In this document: positions 37,300 to 46,430 of the stretch, one piece after another
Numbering within the stretch: position 1 is the stretch's first letter
Layout: every line of letters starts with the position of its first letter
Source: an uncultured bacterium
GTDB lineage: Bacteria > Krumholzibacteriota > Krumholzibacteriia > LZORAL124-64-63
Reading direction: 5' to 3'
Length of the DNA: 64,000 bases
Assembly: GCA_963727525.1 (NCBI GenBank)
Contig: CAVSGO010000007.1
Coordinates: forward strand, 1,472,001-1,536,000
Program-made: the position numbers and the translations under genes
The notes under the pieces: generated by a model
What the model saw: only the letters and a program-made list of their open reading frames with translations
What the model was told of the DNA's origin: nothing
Databases searched by the model: none

Positions 37300-38367
37300 T
37301 TACCAGGGCCCATTTCTCGTCACGTTCACGAATGACGTCCCATCGTAGCGAAAGGCTCCCTTCCAGCCGCCACACCAGATCCGCCCGTCGCGATCCTCGA
37401 AAACGCAAAATACGACTGGAGTCTCGATGCCGTCCGCGTCGTCGAACCTCGTGTACGACGTTCCATCGTAGCGATACACGCCGACGTGCCCGACGGGGAT
37501 CCAGAGATCTCCGTTGCTGGCCTCGCAGAAGGGCCCCACTGCGGTGCCACTCAGCCCTTCCTGCCGGCTGATGCTGGTGAACGTCTCGCCATCGTAGCGG
37601 ATGACTCCCGTGTACCGCGTCGAGAACCAGATATCGCCATTGCGATCCTCGAGGACGGAACTCACACTCGTCTCGACGCCACGATCGGTGACGGACACGC
37701 GTGCAACGGTGTCCCCGTCATATCTGTACACCCCGGACTCCGCCACGAACCACAGGTCGCCCCCGCGATCTTTCGCCAGGGACCAGACGACGTGCGGTCC
37801 CCAGACACCCTTGCGATCGTCCCGCGTGGTCGCCGCGGGAAGCGGAAACGGAACGAACGTGTGTCCGTCCTGACGGCAGGCTCCCGCGAAGCTACCGACC
37901 CAGACCGTTCCCGCGTCGTCGACGAGGACGCTCCAGACATCATTGCTACTCAGACCGTCCTCGACGGTGTAGCGGGTGAAGGACTCCCCGTCATATGCGA
38001 GCAGACCGCCCGTCGTCGCGAACCACAGGTGGCCGTCTCCATCCTCGGTGATGGCCTTGACGGTGAACCCCTTGGCGAATTCATCGCGAATGTCGTAGAA
38101 GACCAGCGAGGTCCCGTCATAGCGCTGCACACCATCCTGCGTGCCGAACCAGAGATCGCCTTTCCGGTCCTGGAAGATCGTGCGCACGACCCCGCTGATC
38201 TGGTTCCCCTCCGATTCCCTCACGTGAGGGTCCGTCTTGAACTCGGGAAGGCCACTGGCCAGCCGGGCCACGTCATCGGCAACCACCCTCGTCGCGGCCG
38301 AGGCGCCATGAGAGAGCAGGAGAAGGCCAATGAAGGACGAGGCGACCACGGACATGACGGATTTCAT
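37300..38367 (-). CDS. Secreted beta-propeller protein (two-component regulator propeller repeats, sensor domain only)
   Basis: Signal peptide; repeated V.SI.ED..G.LWF.T..G..RYDG..F. Confidence 0.88.
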   Translation of the reverse strand: MKSVMSVVASSFIGLLLLSHGASAATRVVADDVARLASGLPEFKTDPHVRESEGNQISGVVRTIFQDRKGDLWFGTQDGVQRYDGTSLVFYDIRDEFAKGFTVKAITEDGDGHLWFATTGGLLAYDGESFTRYTVEDGLSSNDVWSVLVDDAGTVWVGSFAGACRQDGHTFVPFPLPAATTRDDRKGVWGPHVVWSLAKDRGGDLWFVAESGVYRYDGDTVARVSVTDRGVETSVSSVLEDRNGDIWFSTRYTGVIRYDGETFTSISRQEGLSGTAVGPFCEASNGDLWIPVGHVGVYRYDGTSYTRFDDADGIETPVVFCVFEDRDGRIWCGGWKGAFRYDGTSFVNVTRNGPW

Positions 38368-38453
38368 CACGGGCGATCACCAATCGGCTGGGGACTCGTC
38401 GAATAGACCATGGTGGCGGGCGATTCCATCTGCCAGCCGCCACTCGCATGCCG

Positions 38454-38840
38454 TCACGACGCCACCGCACTGATCATGACGTAGTAGCCGTCGGGATCCC
38501 GGAGCGCGAACTCGAGCGTGTCGGTATTCGGATTGCGGTGCGGCTCTTCCGCGAGCCGTGCCACGAGCGACCGCGCATTCGCGAGCACCGCCTCGTAGTC
38601 ATCGACGCGAAAGAACAGGATGAGTCCATTCCCCACGTCGCCGCGATCCGGACTCGTCAGCGTGGGATGCTCATGCGCCCCCCACTGGTGCAGACACAGG
38701 AGCACGGTGCCATCGTCATCGTGGATCTGCGCGAAATAGTCGTGCGCCGGCGCCGCGGCAGGCTGGCCGAAGAGCGTCTGATACCAGCGATAGCTGCGCC
38801 CCACGTCCTCGACACCGATGATCGTCCAGGTGCGTTTCAT
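38454..38840 (-). CDS. VOC/glyoxalase family protein
   Basis: IIGVEDV.RS..WY..LFG, EFALRDPDGY. Confidence 0.88.
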   Translation of the reverse strand: MKRTWTIIGVEDVGRSYRWYQTLFGQPAAAPAHDYFAQIHDDDGTVLLCLHQWGAHEHPTLTSPDRGDVGNGLILFFRVDDYEAVLANARSLVARLAEEPHRNPNTDTLEFALRDPDGYYVMISAVAS

Positions 38841-38926
38841 ACTGGCGAACCTTTTCGCTGGATCGTTCTTCGACAAGCGATCTCAAAACGTAGCGACGCT
38901 TGCCCCCCGGAAAGGTACACGAGAGT

Positions 38927-39166
38927 TCAGCCCACCGTCAGCTCTCCGGCCGTCATTGAACACGGAGCCGCCACGTCGCGCTGGCCATGGGCCGGGACAA
39001 TGTCCAGCAGATCCGCCATCACCGCCGTCGCCGTCGGCCAGCGACCGGCGGGATCGGCCTCGTACAGTCCATCCACATCCTTCACGAGCCGGCACCGCGT
39101 GGCCTGCATTTCGCAGGCGAGGAAGAGCGCCGTCAGGTCTCGACCTTCCCAATGTCCCAACCTCAC
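38927..39166 (-). pseudogene. Fragment of an amino-acid kinase (aspartokinase/UMP kinase) family gene
   Basis: DLTALFLA...ATRCRLVKDVDGLYEADP matches the AAK motif D.TA..LA....DVDG.Y..DP; far too short for a full enzyme. Confidence 0.6.
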
Positions 39167-39660
39167 CGCCGCACCAGCCGACCAAGCTCTTCCCAGTACC
39201 CGCGATCCCAGTATCCATTCGCCGCCCCACTCGTCGACGGCGCCACGAACAACGTCGTCACCCCAACCCTCTCCTCCTGAACACCAAAGCCGATCCGGCG
39301 CCGCCCCAGGAACACCTGCGCCGCCTTCTTCCCATTAAATGCCAGGACGGTCGGCCGCAACTCGATTGCCCGCCCCCTCAACCGCGCCACACTCGCCCGC
39401 CGAAAGTCGATCGCCACATCACTCCCCGACTGCCCCTTCACCAGATCCGTCAGGCCGATACCAAATTGCAGAAGCTCGCGGAACTCGTGAGGCTCGAGTC
39501 GCCGCGGCGTGAGACCGACCTCACCGAGCACCCGCCAGAACTTGTTCCCGGGCCCAGCATAGTATGCCCCTCGCGCCGCCGACACCGCCCCCGCCGCCGC
39601 CCCACAGACGACCAGTCGCAATCCCGGCGCCAGCACATCCTCGAGCACGTCACGAGCCAT
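39163..39660 (-). CDS. mug: Mismatch-specific DNA glycosylase (UDG family 2, Mug-like)
   Basis: LAPGLRLVVCG, YYAGPGNKFW, GIGLTDLVK, AFNGK, PSTSG. Confidence 0.88.
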   Translation of the reverse strand: MARDVLEDVLAPGLRLVVCGAAAGAVSAARGAYYAGPGNKFWRVLGEVGLTPRRLEPHEFRELLQFGIGLTDLVKGQSGSDVAIDFRRASVARLRGRAIELRPTVLAFNGKKAAQVFLGRRRIGFGVQEERVGVTTLFVAPSTSGAANGYWDRGYWEELGRLVRR

Positions 39661-39710
39661 GGCATCTCTCCCGGAATTGATCACATTCGGACCGGAGCAG
39701 AAAGGTCGCG

Positions 39711-41303
39711 CTACTTAAGCAACGTCACCGTTCCGCTGCTCGCGCCCTGCGGACCGAGTACCTGCACGAGGTAGATGCCGCTGGCGAGATCCCGCCCGCG
39801 ATCGTCGCGCCCGTCCCAGGGCACGGTGTGCTCACCGGCCGTGACCACCTCGTCGAACAACGACCGCACGAGCCGGCCGCGCGCATCGCACAGCCGCACC
39901 TGGATGCGCGCCGCTACCGGTGCGCGGAAAGCGAGCGTGGTCCGCGGATTGAACGGATTCGGCGACGCTCTTGTGAAGACCACCCCAGCCGTGCCGCCAG
40001 GCAGCTCCGCCACGCCGGTGAGCTGATCGCTGCCCCGATAGATGCGCACGCGGTCCTGGTACCCACTGCGGATGTGCACGAGCACGTCAGCCCGGCCGTC
40101 GCCGTCGACGTCGCCGGCCCGGCCCACCTGGACCTGATCCCACACCTCGCCTTCATCCGGCCTGATCATCTGGTCCGCCACGGCATCGGGCTGCGCCCCA
40201 CCCTGGAAGATCCAGACCACCTGCAAGCTGTCCACGACCGCGACATCGTCGAACCCGTCGCCGTTGACGTCCCCGAGCCCCGCCACGTCCCGACCGGGAG
40301 CAAGGGCGAGGACCGTATCGGCCGTGAGGTCGGTCGACCCGAAGAGGATGCGACCGGCGTCGATGGACGGCGCCGCCGCGATGACATCGTCGAGACCATC
40401 GCCATTGAAATCGAAGGCGCCGTCAATGCCATCGCCCAGCGCCGCCGTGCCGGTATCGGTCGGCTGGTAGACGTGTCCGGCGGCGAGCCGCAACGAGCCA
40501 CCATGGATCATGAGGGTGGCGCCAACGGCCTCGGCCGGATGGGTCCCCTCGTCGTCGATGAGAAACCCCGCCGTCCACGGCAACCCGTGCACGAGATCCC
40601 CCGCACCATCCCCGTTGGTATCCCCCGCAAACGCCAGGTAGCTGGGGAAACCATCGAGGTAGACGGCATGCACGCGGTGCCACACGGCCTCGCCGGGCGG
40701 CGTCGGACCGCCGGCAAAGACGTACACCGTCGGCGGCGGCCCCCACCCGTAGATGGTGTCGATGGTCACCGCGAGATCGTCGTAGCCGTCGTCATCGAAC
40801 CGCCCGGCCCGCGCCAGTCCCGTCCCGAAGTAGTACCGCGTCCAGGGCCCCGGAATGACCACATCCGCCACCGCATCGATATCCGGCCCCCCGAAATAGA
40901 CGAAGACCGCCCCCGCGTTCTCGTGCCCGTCGATGTCGTAATCGCGAGCACTGATGGCAATGTCGCCGTACCCATCACCATTGAAGTCGAACGGCCCCTT
41001 CACCGCCTTCTGCAGACGCCCCGAAGCATTCTGCTGCAACACGAGATCCGGCACGTCATCGACATCCGGCCCCCCGAAGTACACGTAGGCCCGCCCGGAA
41101 TACCCGGCCCCGGTCTCGAAGGGATCCATGATCAGGACATCATCATACCCGTCGCCATCGACATCCCCGAGCCACGCCATTTCCCGCCCGAATGCCTGAC
41201 CGTCGTGCTCCGGCCCCAATGTCACGATCACATCACCCGACACCGCCAGCCCGGCCCCGAGCTGAACCATCAACCACATCGCCAGCATGACCACCTCCCC
41301 CAT
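39711..41303 (-). CDS. FG-GAP/integrin-alpha repeat protein with C-terminal FlgD-Ig-like domain
   Basis: Repeated GDV(D/N)GDG.DD; C-terminal PNPFNP.T.....GRLVRSL......G.H...WDGRD..G..LASG.Y. Confidence 0.9.
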   Translation of the reverse strand: MGEVVMLAMWLMVQLGAGLAVSGDVIVTLGPEHDGQAFGREMAWLGDVDGDGYDDVLIMDPFETGAGYSGRAYVYFGGPDVDDVPDLVLQQNASGRLQKAVKGPFDFNGDGYGDIAISARDYDIDGHENAGAVFVYFGGPDIDAVADVVIPGPWTRYYFGTGLARAGRFDDDGYDDLAVTIDTIYGWGPPPTVYVFAGGPTPPGEAVWHRVHAVYLDGFPSYLAFAGDTNGDGAGDLVHGLPWTAGFLIDDEGTHPAEAVGATLMIHGGSLRLAAGHVYQPTDTGTAALGDGIDGAFDFNGDGLDDVIAAAPSIDAGRILFGSTDLTADTVLALAPGRDVAGLGDVNGDGFDDVAVVDSLQVVWIFQGGAQPDAVADQMIRPDEGEVWDQVQVGRAGDVDGDGRADVLVHIRSGYQDRVRIYRGSDQLTGVAELPGGTAGVVFTRASPNPFNPRTTLAFRAPVAARIQVRLCDARGRLVRSLFDEVVTAGEHTVPWDGRDDRGRDLASGIYLVQVLGPQGASSGTVTLLK

Positions 41304-41468
41304 GTCAAAGAATGAGAAGAGGATATCACCCGCGCCGGTCCCGGGTCAACGCGATCCCGAAAGACGACGGCCCGGCGGCGCCACGCACGGCCGACCCGGG
41401 ATGGTCAGATCGAGCAGGCGCATCCGCGAATCCATGCTTATAGGTGAGGCTGACAAGGGAGGAGCGCG

Positions 41469-41837
41469 ATGAGACCTGTGATGATGCACTGGCTGGTCAT
41501 GACCGTAGCCCTCGGCCTGACGGCATACCTGATCCCCGGCATCGCGGTGACGTCATTCGGCGCGTTGATCGTGGCCGCCCTCGTCCTCGGCTTCCTCAAC
41601 GCCGTGCTGCGGCCGATCCTGGTGCTGCTGACCCTGCCAGTCACGATCATGACGCTCGGGTTCTTCTACCTCGTCGTCAATGCCATCGTCTTCGCCCTGG
41701 CCGCCGTCCTGGTCCCCGGCTTCGTTGTAGCCGGCTTCGGTCCAGCACTGATCGGCGCGATCCTGGTCAGCCTGGTCTCATGGTTCCTCGGCAGCGCCAT
41801 GAAGCCGCGATCGCAGGACCGCCGGGTACCGCGGTGA
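41469..41837 (+). CDS. 4-TM phage-holin-family (YvlD-like) membrane protein
   Basis: ALVLGFLNAVLRPIL.LLTLP.TI.TLG.F.LVVNA; GGGAGGAG RBS. Confidence 0.9.
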   Translation: MRPVMMHWLVMTVALGLTAYLIPGIAVTSFGALIVAALVLGFLNAVLRPILVLLTLPVTIMTLGFFYLVVNAIVFALAAVLVPGFVVAGFGPALIGAILVSLVSWFLGSAMKPRSQDRRVPR

Positions 41838-41899
41838 GGCCAACCGCGACCCGCCGGACTGGCAAGCTCATTTTCGAGTGCCCAAGTACAGCGTCCGGA

Positions 41900-42069
41900 A
41901 GAGCCATCGGAGCGCCGGCTAGGCGTTCGGAGTGCGCGACACCGACCACTTGTCGGCGCCTGGAACAATGCCAAGGCAACCTGCAGCGTTTGCTAGGATG
42001 ATCGCTGCGCCCCGTCGGGCCGATCATCCCGCTAACGATCCTCTACGAGATTGGCGATATCGATCGGTT
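41900..42069 (+). mobile_element. Scrambled, diverged fragment of the IS110 element at 45517-46402
   Basis: 41900-42013 resembles 45960-46076 (non-coding end); 42015-42069 resembles 45554-45608 (transposase); order is permuted. Confidence 0.85.
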
Positions 42070-42594
42070 AGCCAGCAAGCTCAAGACGCGTTCGGCGGTC
42101 ACGGCGGGCGGTTCAGCCGACGTGTCGAGGAAGCACCCCGACGGGATGGCGCGACCATTGAACTTCGAGTGCAGGGCCGCTACGCGCAGCGCGCCCAATG
42201 AGCCGCTTTCACGACCCGCGTCGCGCGCGATCGCAACCTGCACCCGAGGATGCAGCACGCACAGATGCCACGCGATCTGCGCGCCGGCGAACATCTCACG
42301 ATACTCCGCCAGCGCCTCCGGAGGTGATTCGTGAATGGTGGCGTCGATCACCACGTTGAGCCCAGCGCGCCGAGCCAAGATCACGCTTGCCAGAACCTCT
42401 CGGTGGACGACTTCGCGTTTCTGACGGTGCTCCACTGTCCCGAATGCGCCGCGGTTCTTGCCAAAGCGACGCGGCCAGATATCATCTTCACTGACGCGGC
42501 ACCACCCCCCACGCGACTGAAGTAGGCGCGCGATCGTGCTCTTGCCACTGCCGCAAGTCCCCGTGAGGACCAGGACCTTCAAGCCCTGCGCCAT
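42043..42594 (-). CDS. P-loop kinase (AAA_33-like)
   Basis: VLVLTGTCGSGKST, VSEDD, NVVIDAT, LDTS. Confidence 0.85.
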   Translation of the reverse strand: MAQGLKVLVLTGTCGSGKSTIARLLQSRGGWCRVSEDDIWPRRFGKNRGAFGTVEHRQKREVVHREVLASVILARRAGLNVVIDATIHESPPEALAEYREMFAGAQIAWHLCVLHPRVQVAIARDAGRESGSLGALRVAALHSKFNGRAIPSGCFLDTSAEPPAVTAERVLSLLANRSISPIS

Positions 42595-42692
42595 GGTGCC
42601 TCCGACGAAATGCTGGCTGTCCGTCACGCCGATAAGCTGCGGGCGCCCTGCCCCACGGAAGCAGCATCTTCTCCGATCAATCACGGCTCGAG

Positions 42693-43340
42693 TCAATGAC
42701 GTCTTTTCAGCACGACATGAGTTGCGGCGGCGGTTGGGACATGAGCGGTGCACTCATAGCCCAAAACAGTGAGATCGAGGCCATATAAGAGATGCTCGCC
42801 AGAACCGAGCAGCATCGGTGCGATCGCCACGTGTAGCTCGTCGATGAGTCTCGCTTCGAGATACTGGCGGACCGTCGCCACGCCACCGCTGATCTGCACG
42901 TCCTTGCCCTCCGCGGCCGCCACGGCGTGCTCCATCGCCTCTCGAATACCCTCGGTAACGAAGTGGTAGACTGTACCGCCTTCCATCTCCACCGACGGGC
43001 GAGCATGATGGGTCAGCACGAAAACCGGGCCGTGGTATGGGGGGTTCTTTCCCCACCAGCCGCGCCAGGAGTCATCGGGCCAGGCACCTCGAATCGGACC
43101 GAACATGTTGCGACCCATGATCCACGCGCCAACGCCATCGCCGAATCGCGCAGCGAAATCCTCGTCGACGCCAGTAGTACCGCCGGCCTTCCCAACCATG
43201 CGCTGAAACGTGCGTGTCGGAAAAAGCCACTCGTGCAACTCCTCCCCGCCGGCGCCGAGAGGCTCCTCCCGAGTCTGGCGCGGGCCGGCCCCGAAGCCGT
43301 CGATCGAGATCGCAAAGTTGTGCACGCGTACGCGAGTCAT
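42693..43340 (-). CDS. Dihydrofolate reductase/RibD C-terminal family protein
   Basis: SIDGFGAGP, IMGRNMF, PVFVLTH, GGVATVRQYL...LIDELH. Confidence 0.92.
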   Translation of the reverse strand: MTRVRVHNFAISIDGFGAGPRQTREEPLGAGGEELHEWLFPTRTFQRMVGKAGGTTGVDEDFAARFGDGVGAWIMGRNMFGPIRGAWPDDSWRGWWGKNPPYHGPVFVLTHHARPSVEMEGGTVYHFVTEGIREAMEHAVAAAEGKDVQISGGVATVRQYLEARLIDELHVAIAPMLLGSGEHLLYGLDLTVLGYECTAHVPTAAATHVVLKRRH

Positions 43341-43510
43341 GGTTCCTCCCAGGCAAAGATGCCGTCCGAGTCTAACGGGAACGCAACGTCCGCCGGGACA
43401 AGCCATCAAGAACGAATAGCAGCCCGACACCTTGCATCAACGCGGCGCCACTCCGAGACCGCAGCGCCAATACCACGACTCTCGTCAACCCGGTATGTCT
43501 CGACGATCCC

Positions 43511-44044
43511 TCAGACTGCCGGCAGATCAGAGGTGCGGCCGAGATCGAGACGCATGGGCTGTTGCATGAGTGATGACCCCGGCCGAAGCGGCTGCGGCTC
43601 CCCGGCCGGCCGGAATCCCGCCCGCGCATACAGCCGCCTGGCAGGACTATCGCCGTCCGTCACCTCCAGTGCGACTTCTCGCGCCCCCACGTCCCTCGCC
43701 CAAGTGATGACCGCGTCCAGGAGGCGGCGCCCCACGCCCCGCCCACGATACTCCGGCGCAACCCACACCTGATACAAATGCACCGCCGTCGGCTCGGACG
43801 GGTCGACCCGCCCCCAAGCGAGCGCGATCGCCTCCGCGCCGACCAGCGCGACGAGCGGCAGATCCGTCGGCGAGTGTACACCCGCCGCCAGACGCCGCTC
43901 CCATTCAATATCCGGGCGCGCGATCTCCCGCGCGCGCGTGCTACTGAAGGCGTCCGGCGACTCCTCGAGTGCACGGAGCCTCAGTTCGCGATACATCTGC
44001 CACTCGTGCGCGCGAAGACGCCGGACGAGGGCCGTATCAGTCAT
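43511..44044 (-). CDS. GNAT N-acetyltransferase
   Basis: LRLRALEESPDAF, WVAPEYRGRGVGRRLL, ARRLYARAGF. Confidence 0.92.
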   Translation of the reverse strand: MTDTALVRRLRAHEWQMYRELRLRALEESPDAFSSTRAREIARPDIEWERRLAAGVHSPTDLPLVALVGAEAIALAWGRVDPSEPTAVHLYQVWVAPEYRGRGVGRRLLDAVITWARDVGAREVALEVTDGDSPARRLYARAGFRPAGEPQPLRPGSSLMQQPMRLDLGRTSDLPAV

Positions 44045-44120
44045 ATCTCTGTGATCGTCCTATCACCATGGTCCAAAATCCATAGGTCCACCTGCGTCGC
44101 ATTCGCGGTCGTCTTCGCGC

Positions 44121-44627
44121 CTATCGCTTTCTCTTCCCCACGCCGGGCACGGCGGCGACTTGTTTCATCCACGCCGCGATCTGGCGTTCGTCGAGATCTT
44201 CCACGGATTCGAGTTCCACGCCGCGCGTGGACTTGCCCATCGCCACCGGCGTCACCGGCGGCACCGGCGTGAGCGTCGCGCCGTTCATGAACATGAGCTT
44301 GACGTGATTGGCAAAGCCACCGCAGCAGAAACACCAGCCGTCGCCGACGCCATAGTACGACATGCCCCACTTCACGGACCTCTGCAGGTCCGGAAGCGTC
44401 TCGGCTGCCAGGGCATCGATTCTCTCGGCGATGCCGCGCTGCGGTTGCGGCAAGCCGGCGATATAGGCAAAGACCGGCCTGTCGCCGTCCGCTGCCTTCG
44501 CCGGGCTTGCTTTGCCGGTAATCATGGATTCCGGCAGCGCCGTGTCAGCCCGGCCTTGCACCGGCGCGCGCTTGGCCGTATTCCGTACCGCCGGCTTCGA
44601 GGTCCGGTCTGGGTTGCGGGCGGGCAT
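44121..44627 (-). CDS. DUF1801 (YdhG-like) protein
   Basis: VFAYIAGLP, VKWGMSYYG, HVKLMFMNGATL. Confidence 0.85.
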   Translation of the reverse strand: MPARNPDRTSKPAVRNTAKRAPVQGRADTALPESMITGKASPAKAADGDRPVFAYIAGLPQPQRGIAERIDALAAETLPDLQRSVKWGMSYYGVGDGWCFCCGGFANHVKLMFMNGATLTPVPPVTPVAMGKSTRGVELESVEDLDERQIAAWMKQVAAVPGVGKRKR

Positions 44628-44786
44628 GGTAGTCTCCTGCAGATTCGAAGTCTGTCAACTTGACGACATACATTCAGATCCAGGCGTGAAGATACCCGAC
44701 GAAATTCTACACCAACGCGTCGCCAGACCCCACAAGTACATCAAGACAAGAAGTCGAATTCTTGCCCGATTACTCGTTATCGTTTT

Positions 44787-45383
44787 CTATGCTCTCGCCG
44801 GCTCGTACGTGGCGATGACCACGCCGGCCGATGAAGTCACGCATTCCGTCAATCGGAGCGCCAACTTGGCTTGCTCGGAGAAGAGCCGACGACCGGTGCC
44901 GAGAACCAGAGGGTGGATCATCAGCAAGAATTCGTCGATCAAGTCAGCGGGCAACAATGCCCGAATCAACTCCCCACTGCCCATGATACCCAGCACACCA
45001 TCCGTCCGGGCCTTGAGTGCTCCGACCGCCACCGGGATATCGCCACGCAGCAGCGTCGTGTTCGGCCACGGTAGTGGTTCCCTGAGCGTGGTCGACACGA
45101 CAAACTTCCGCGCCTGATTCAGCCCATCCTTGAATGGCCCACCCTCACGGTTCCAGTGACCCAGCAAGTCGTCGTAGGTCCGCCTTCCGAACAGCCACCC
45201 CGCCAATCCACCCCCAGCCGCGATCCGCTGGCCCATCACCTCTTGCACCTCGTTGCCAGCCGTCGCGGACCGTCGAGCCCACCCCCCTTGCATGAAACCA
45301 CCGCGAGTATCTTCGTCCTGGCGGCCAGGCGCCTGCATGACCCCATCCAGCGTCAGATGGTTCATCACAATGATCCGACCCAC
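44787..45383 (-). CDS. Dihydrofolate reductase/RibD C-terminal family protein
   Basis: TLDGVMQAPG, LFGRRTY, GSGELIRAL...LIDE; GGGAGG RBS before GTG 45383. Confidence 0.9.
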   Translation of the reverse strand: MGRIIVMNHLTLDGVMQAPGRQDEDTRGGFMQGGWARRSATAGNEVQEVMGQRIAAGGGLAGWLFGRRTYDDLLGHWNREGGPFKDGLNQARKFVVSTTLREPLPWPNTTLLRGDIPVAVGALKARTDGVLGIMGSGELIRALLPADLIDEFLLMIHPLVLGTGRRLFSEQAKLALRLTECVTSSAGVVIATYEPARA

Positions 45384-45516
45384 GGAAGCCTCCCTTCGTC
45401 CGATCAACACCGACGTGGTGCCCAGTGGCCGCGGGGCCGCCGACCGCGATGTCGGTCCGCCGCCGCGCTCTGCCGGACTCTCACGTGGTTGCCCGCGCCA
45501 GAATGGCTGCGCGAAA

Positions 45517-46402
45517 CCTCAGGCCCTCTACCGCTTGCGCTCGGTGCCAGGCATCGGGCCGATCATCTCGCTGACGATCCTCTACGAGATTGGCGACATC
45601 GATCGGTTCCCGAGGGTCCAGGATTTCGCTTCCTACGCCCGCCTCGTCAAGTGCGCCAAGGAGTCCGCCGGTAAACGGTACGGCAGCTCCGGTGCCAAGA
45701 TCGGCAGCGCCCACCTCAAGTGGGCCTTCTCCGAAGCCGCGGTCCTCTTCCTGCGCAACAACCCTGACGGAATGAAGCTCAAACGCCGACTCGAGAAGAA
45801 GCACGGCAAGGCGAAGTCGCTTTCGATCCTCGCCCATAAGATCGGCCGTGCCGTCTACTACATGCTCAAGCGTGACCAGGCCTTTGACCTCCAGCGATTC
45901 GTGACGGCATGAAAGGGAGGGGGCGGTCAAGCAACTCGTCTAACTGGAGCCGCAACGGCAGAGCCATCGAAGCGCCAGCTAAGCTATCAGAGTGCGTGTG
46001 ACACCGATCACGTGGCGGCGCATGGAGCAATGCCAAGGCAACCTGCAGCGTTTGATTAGATGATCGCTCCGCTCCCGCAAATTTCACCTGACAAAGGTCG
46101 GACCCAATGCCCTGCCCCTTAACCGAGCCCGGGAACCAACTGGCGAGCGCCGCGCGCTCAGCCCGACTCTTGACTGGGCCGACACAAGGGCACCGATGTG
46201 TTTCTAGGTCGCGGGGCGCGAGCCTCGCAGGCTCATCACCGGTGAGCGAACCTCGATAGGTGTTTGGTGCAGGGCACCGACCTGCGCCAGTACCGAGAAA
46301 CTAAGCCGGGGCAGAAGTGATCCGCGCCGTAGCCCTCTATGCGATTGTCAAAGATCGAGACCGGATCGGATTGCCTACTTGACGGGGTGGGGCCTCATAG
46401 GT
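45517..46402 (+). mobile_element. IS110/IS1111-family remnant: transposase C-terminus (45517-45912) plus ~490-bp non-coding right end
   Basis: LRSVPGIG, EIGDIDRF, ESAGK (catalytic Ser), KIGSAHLKWAFSEAA, ILAHKIGRAVYYML; right end with TTGACG -35 and ...GGCCTCATAGGT; N-terminal DEDD/RuvC domain missing. Confidence 0.88.
45913..46402 (+). ncRNA. Putative IS110 bridge/seek RNA region
   Basis: Long non-coding right end; internal ATAGGTGTT (46256-46264) is identical to the element-end junction (46397-46405); multiple hairpins; boundaries uncertain. Confidence 0.55.
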
Positions 46403-46430
46403 GTTATGAGGTCGCGATACCCTTTTCCCC

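Noticed and set aside
41469-41837. Prophage inferred from the holin-family gene
   Set aside because: YvlD-like 4-TM proteins are common in non-phage contexts; no other phage genes nearby
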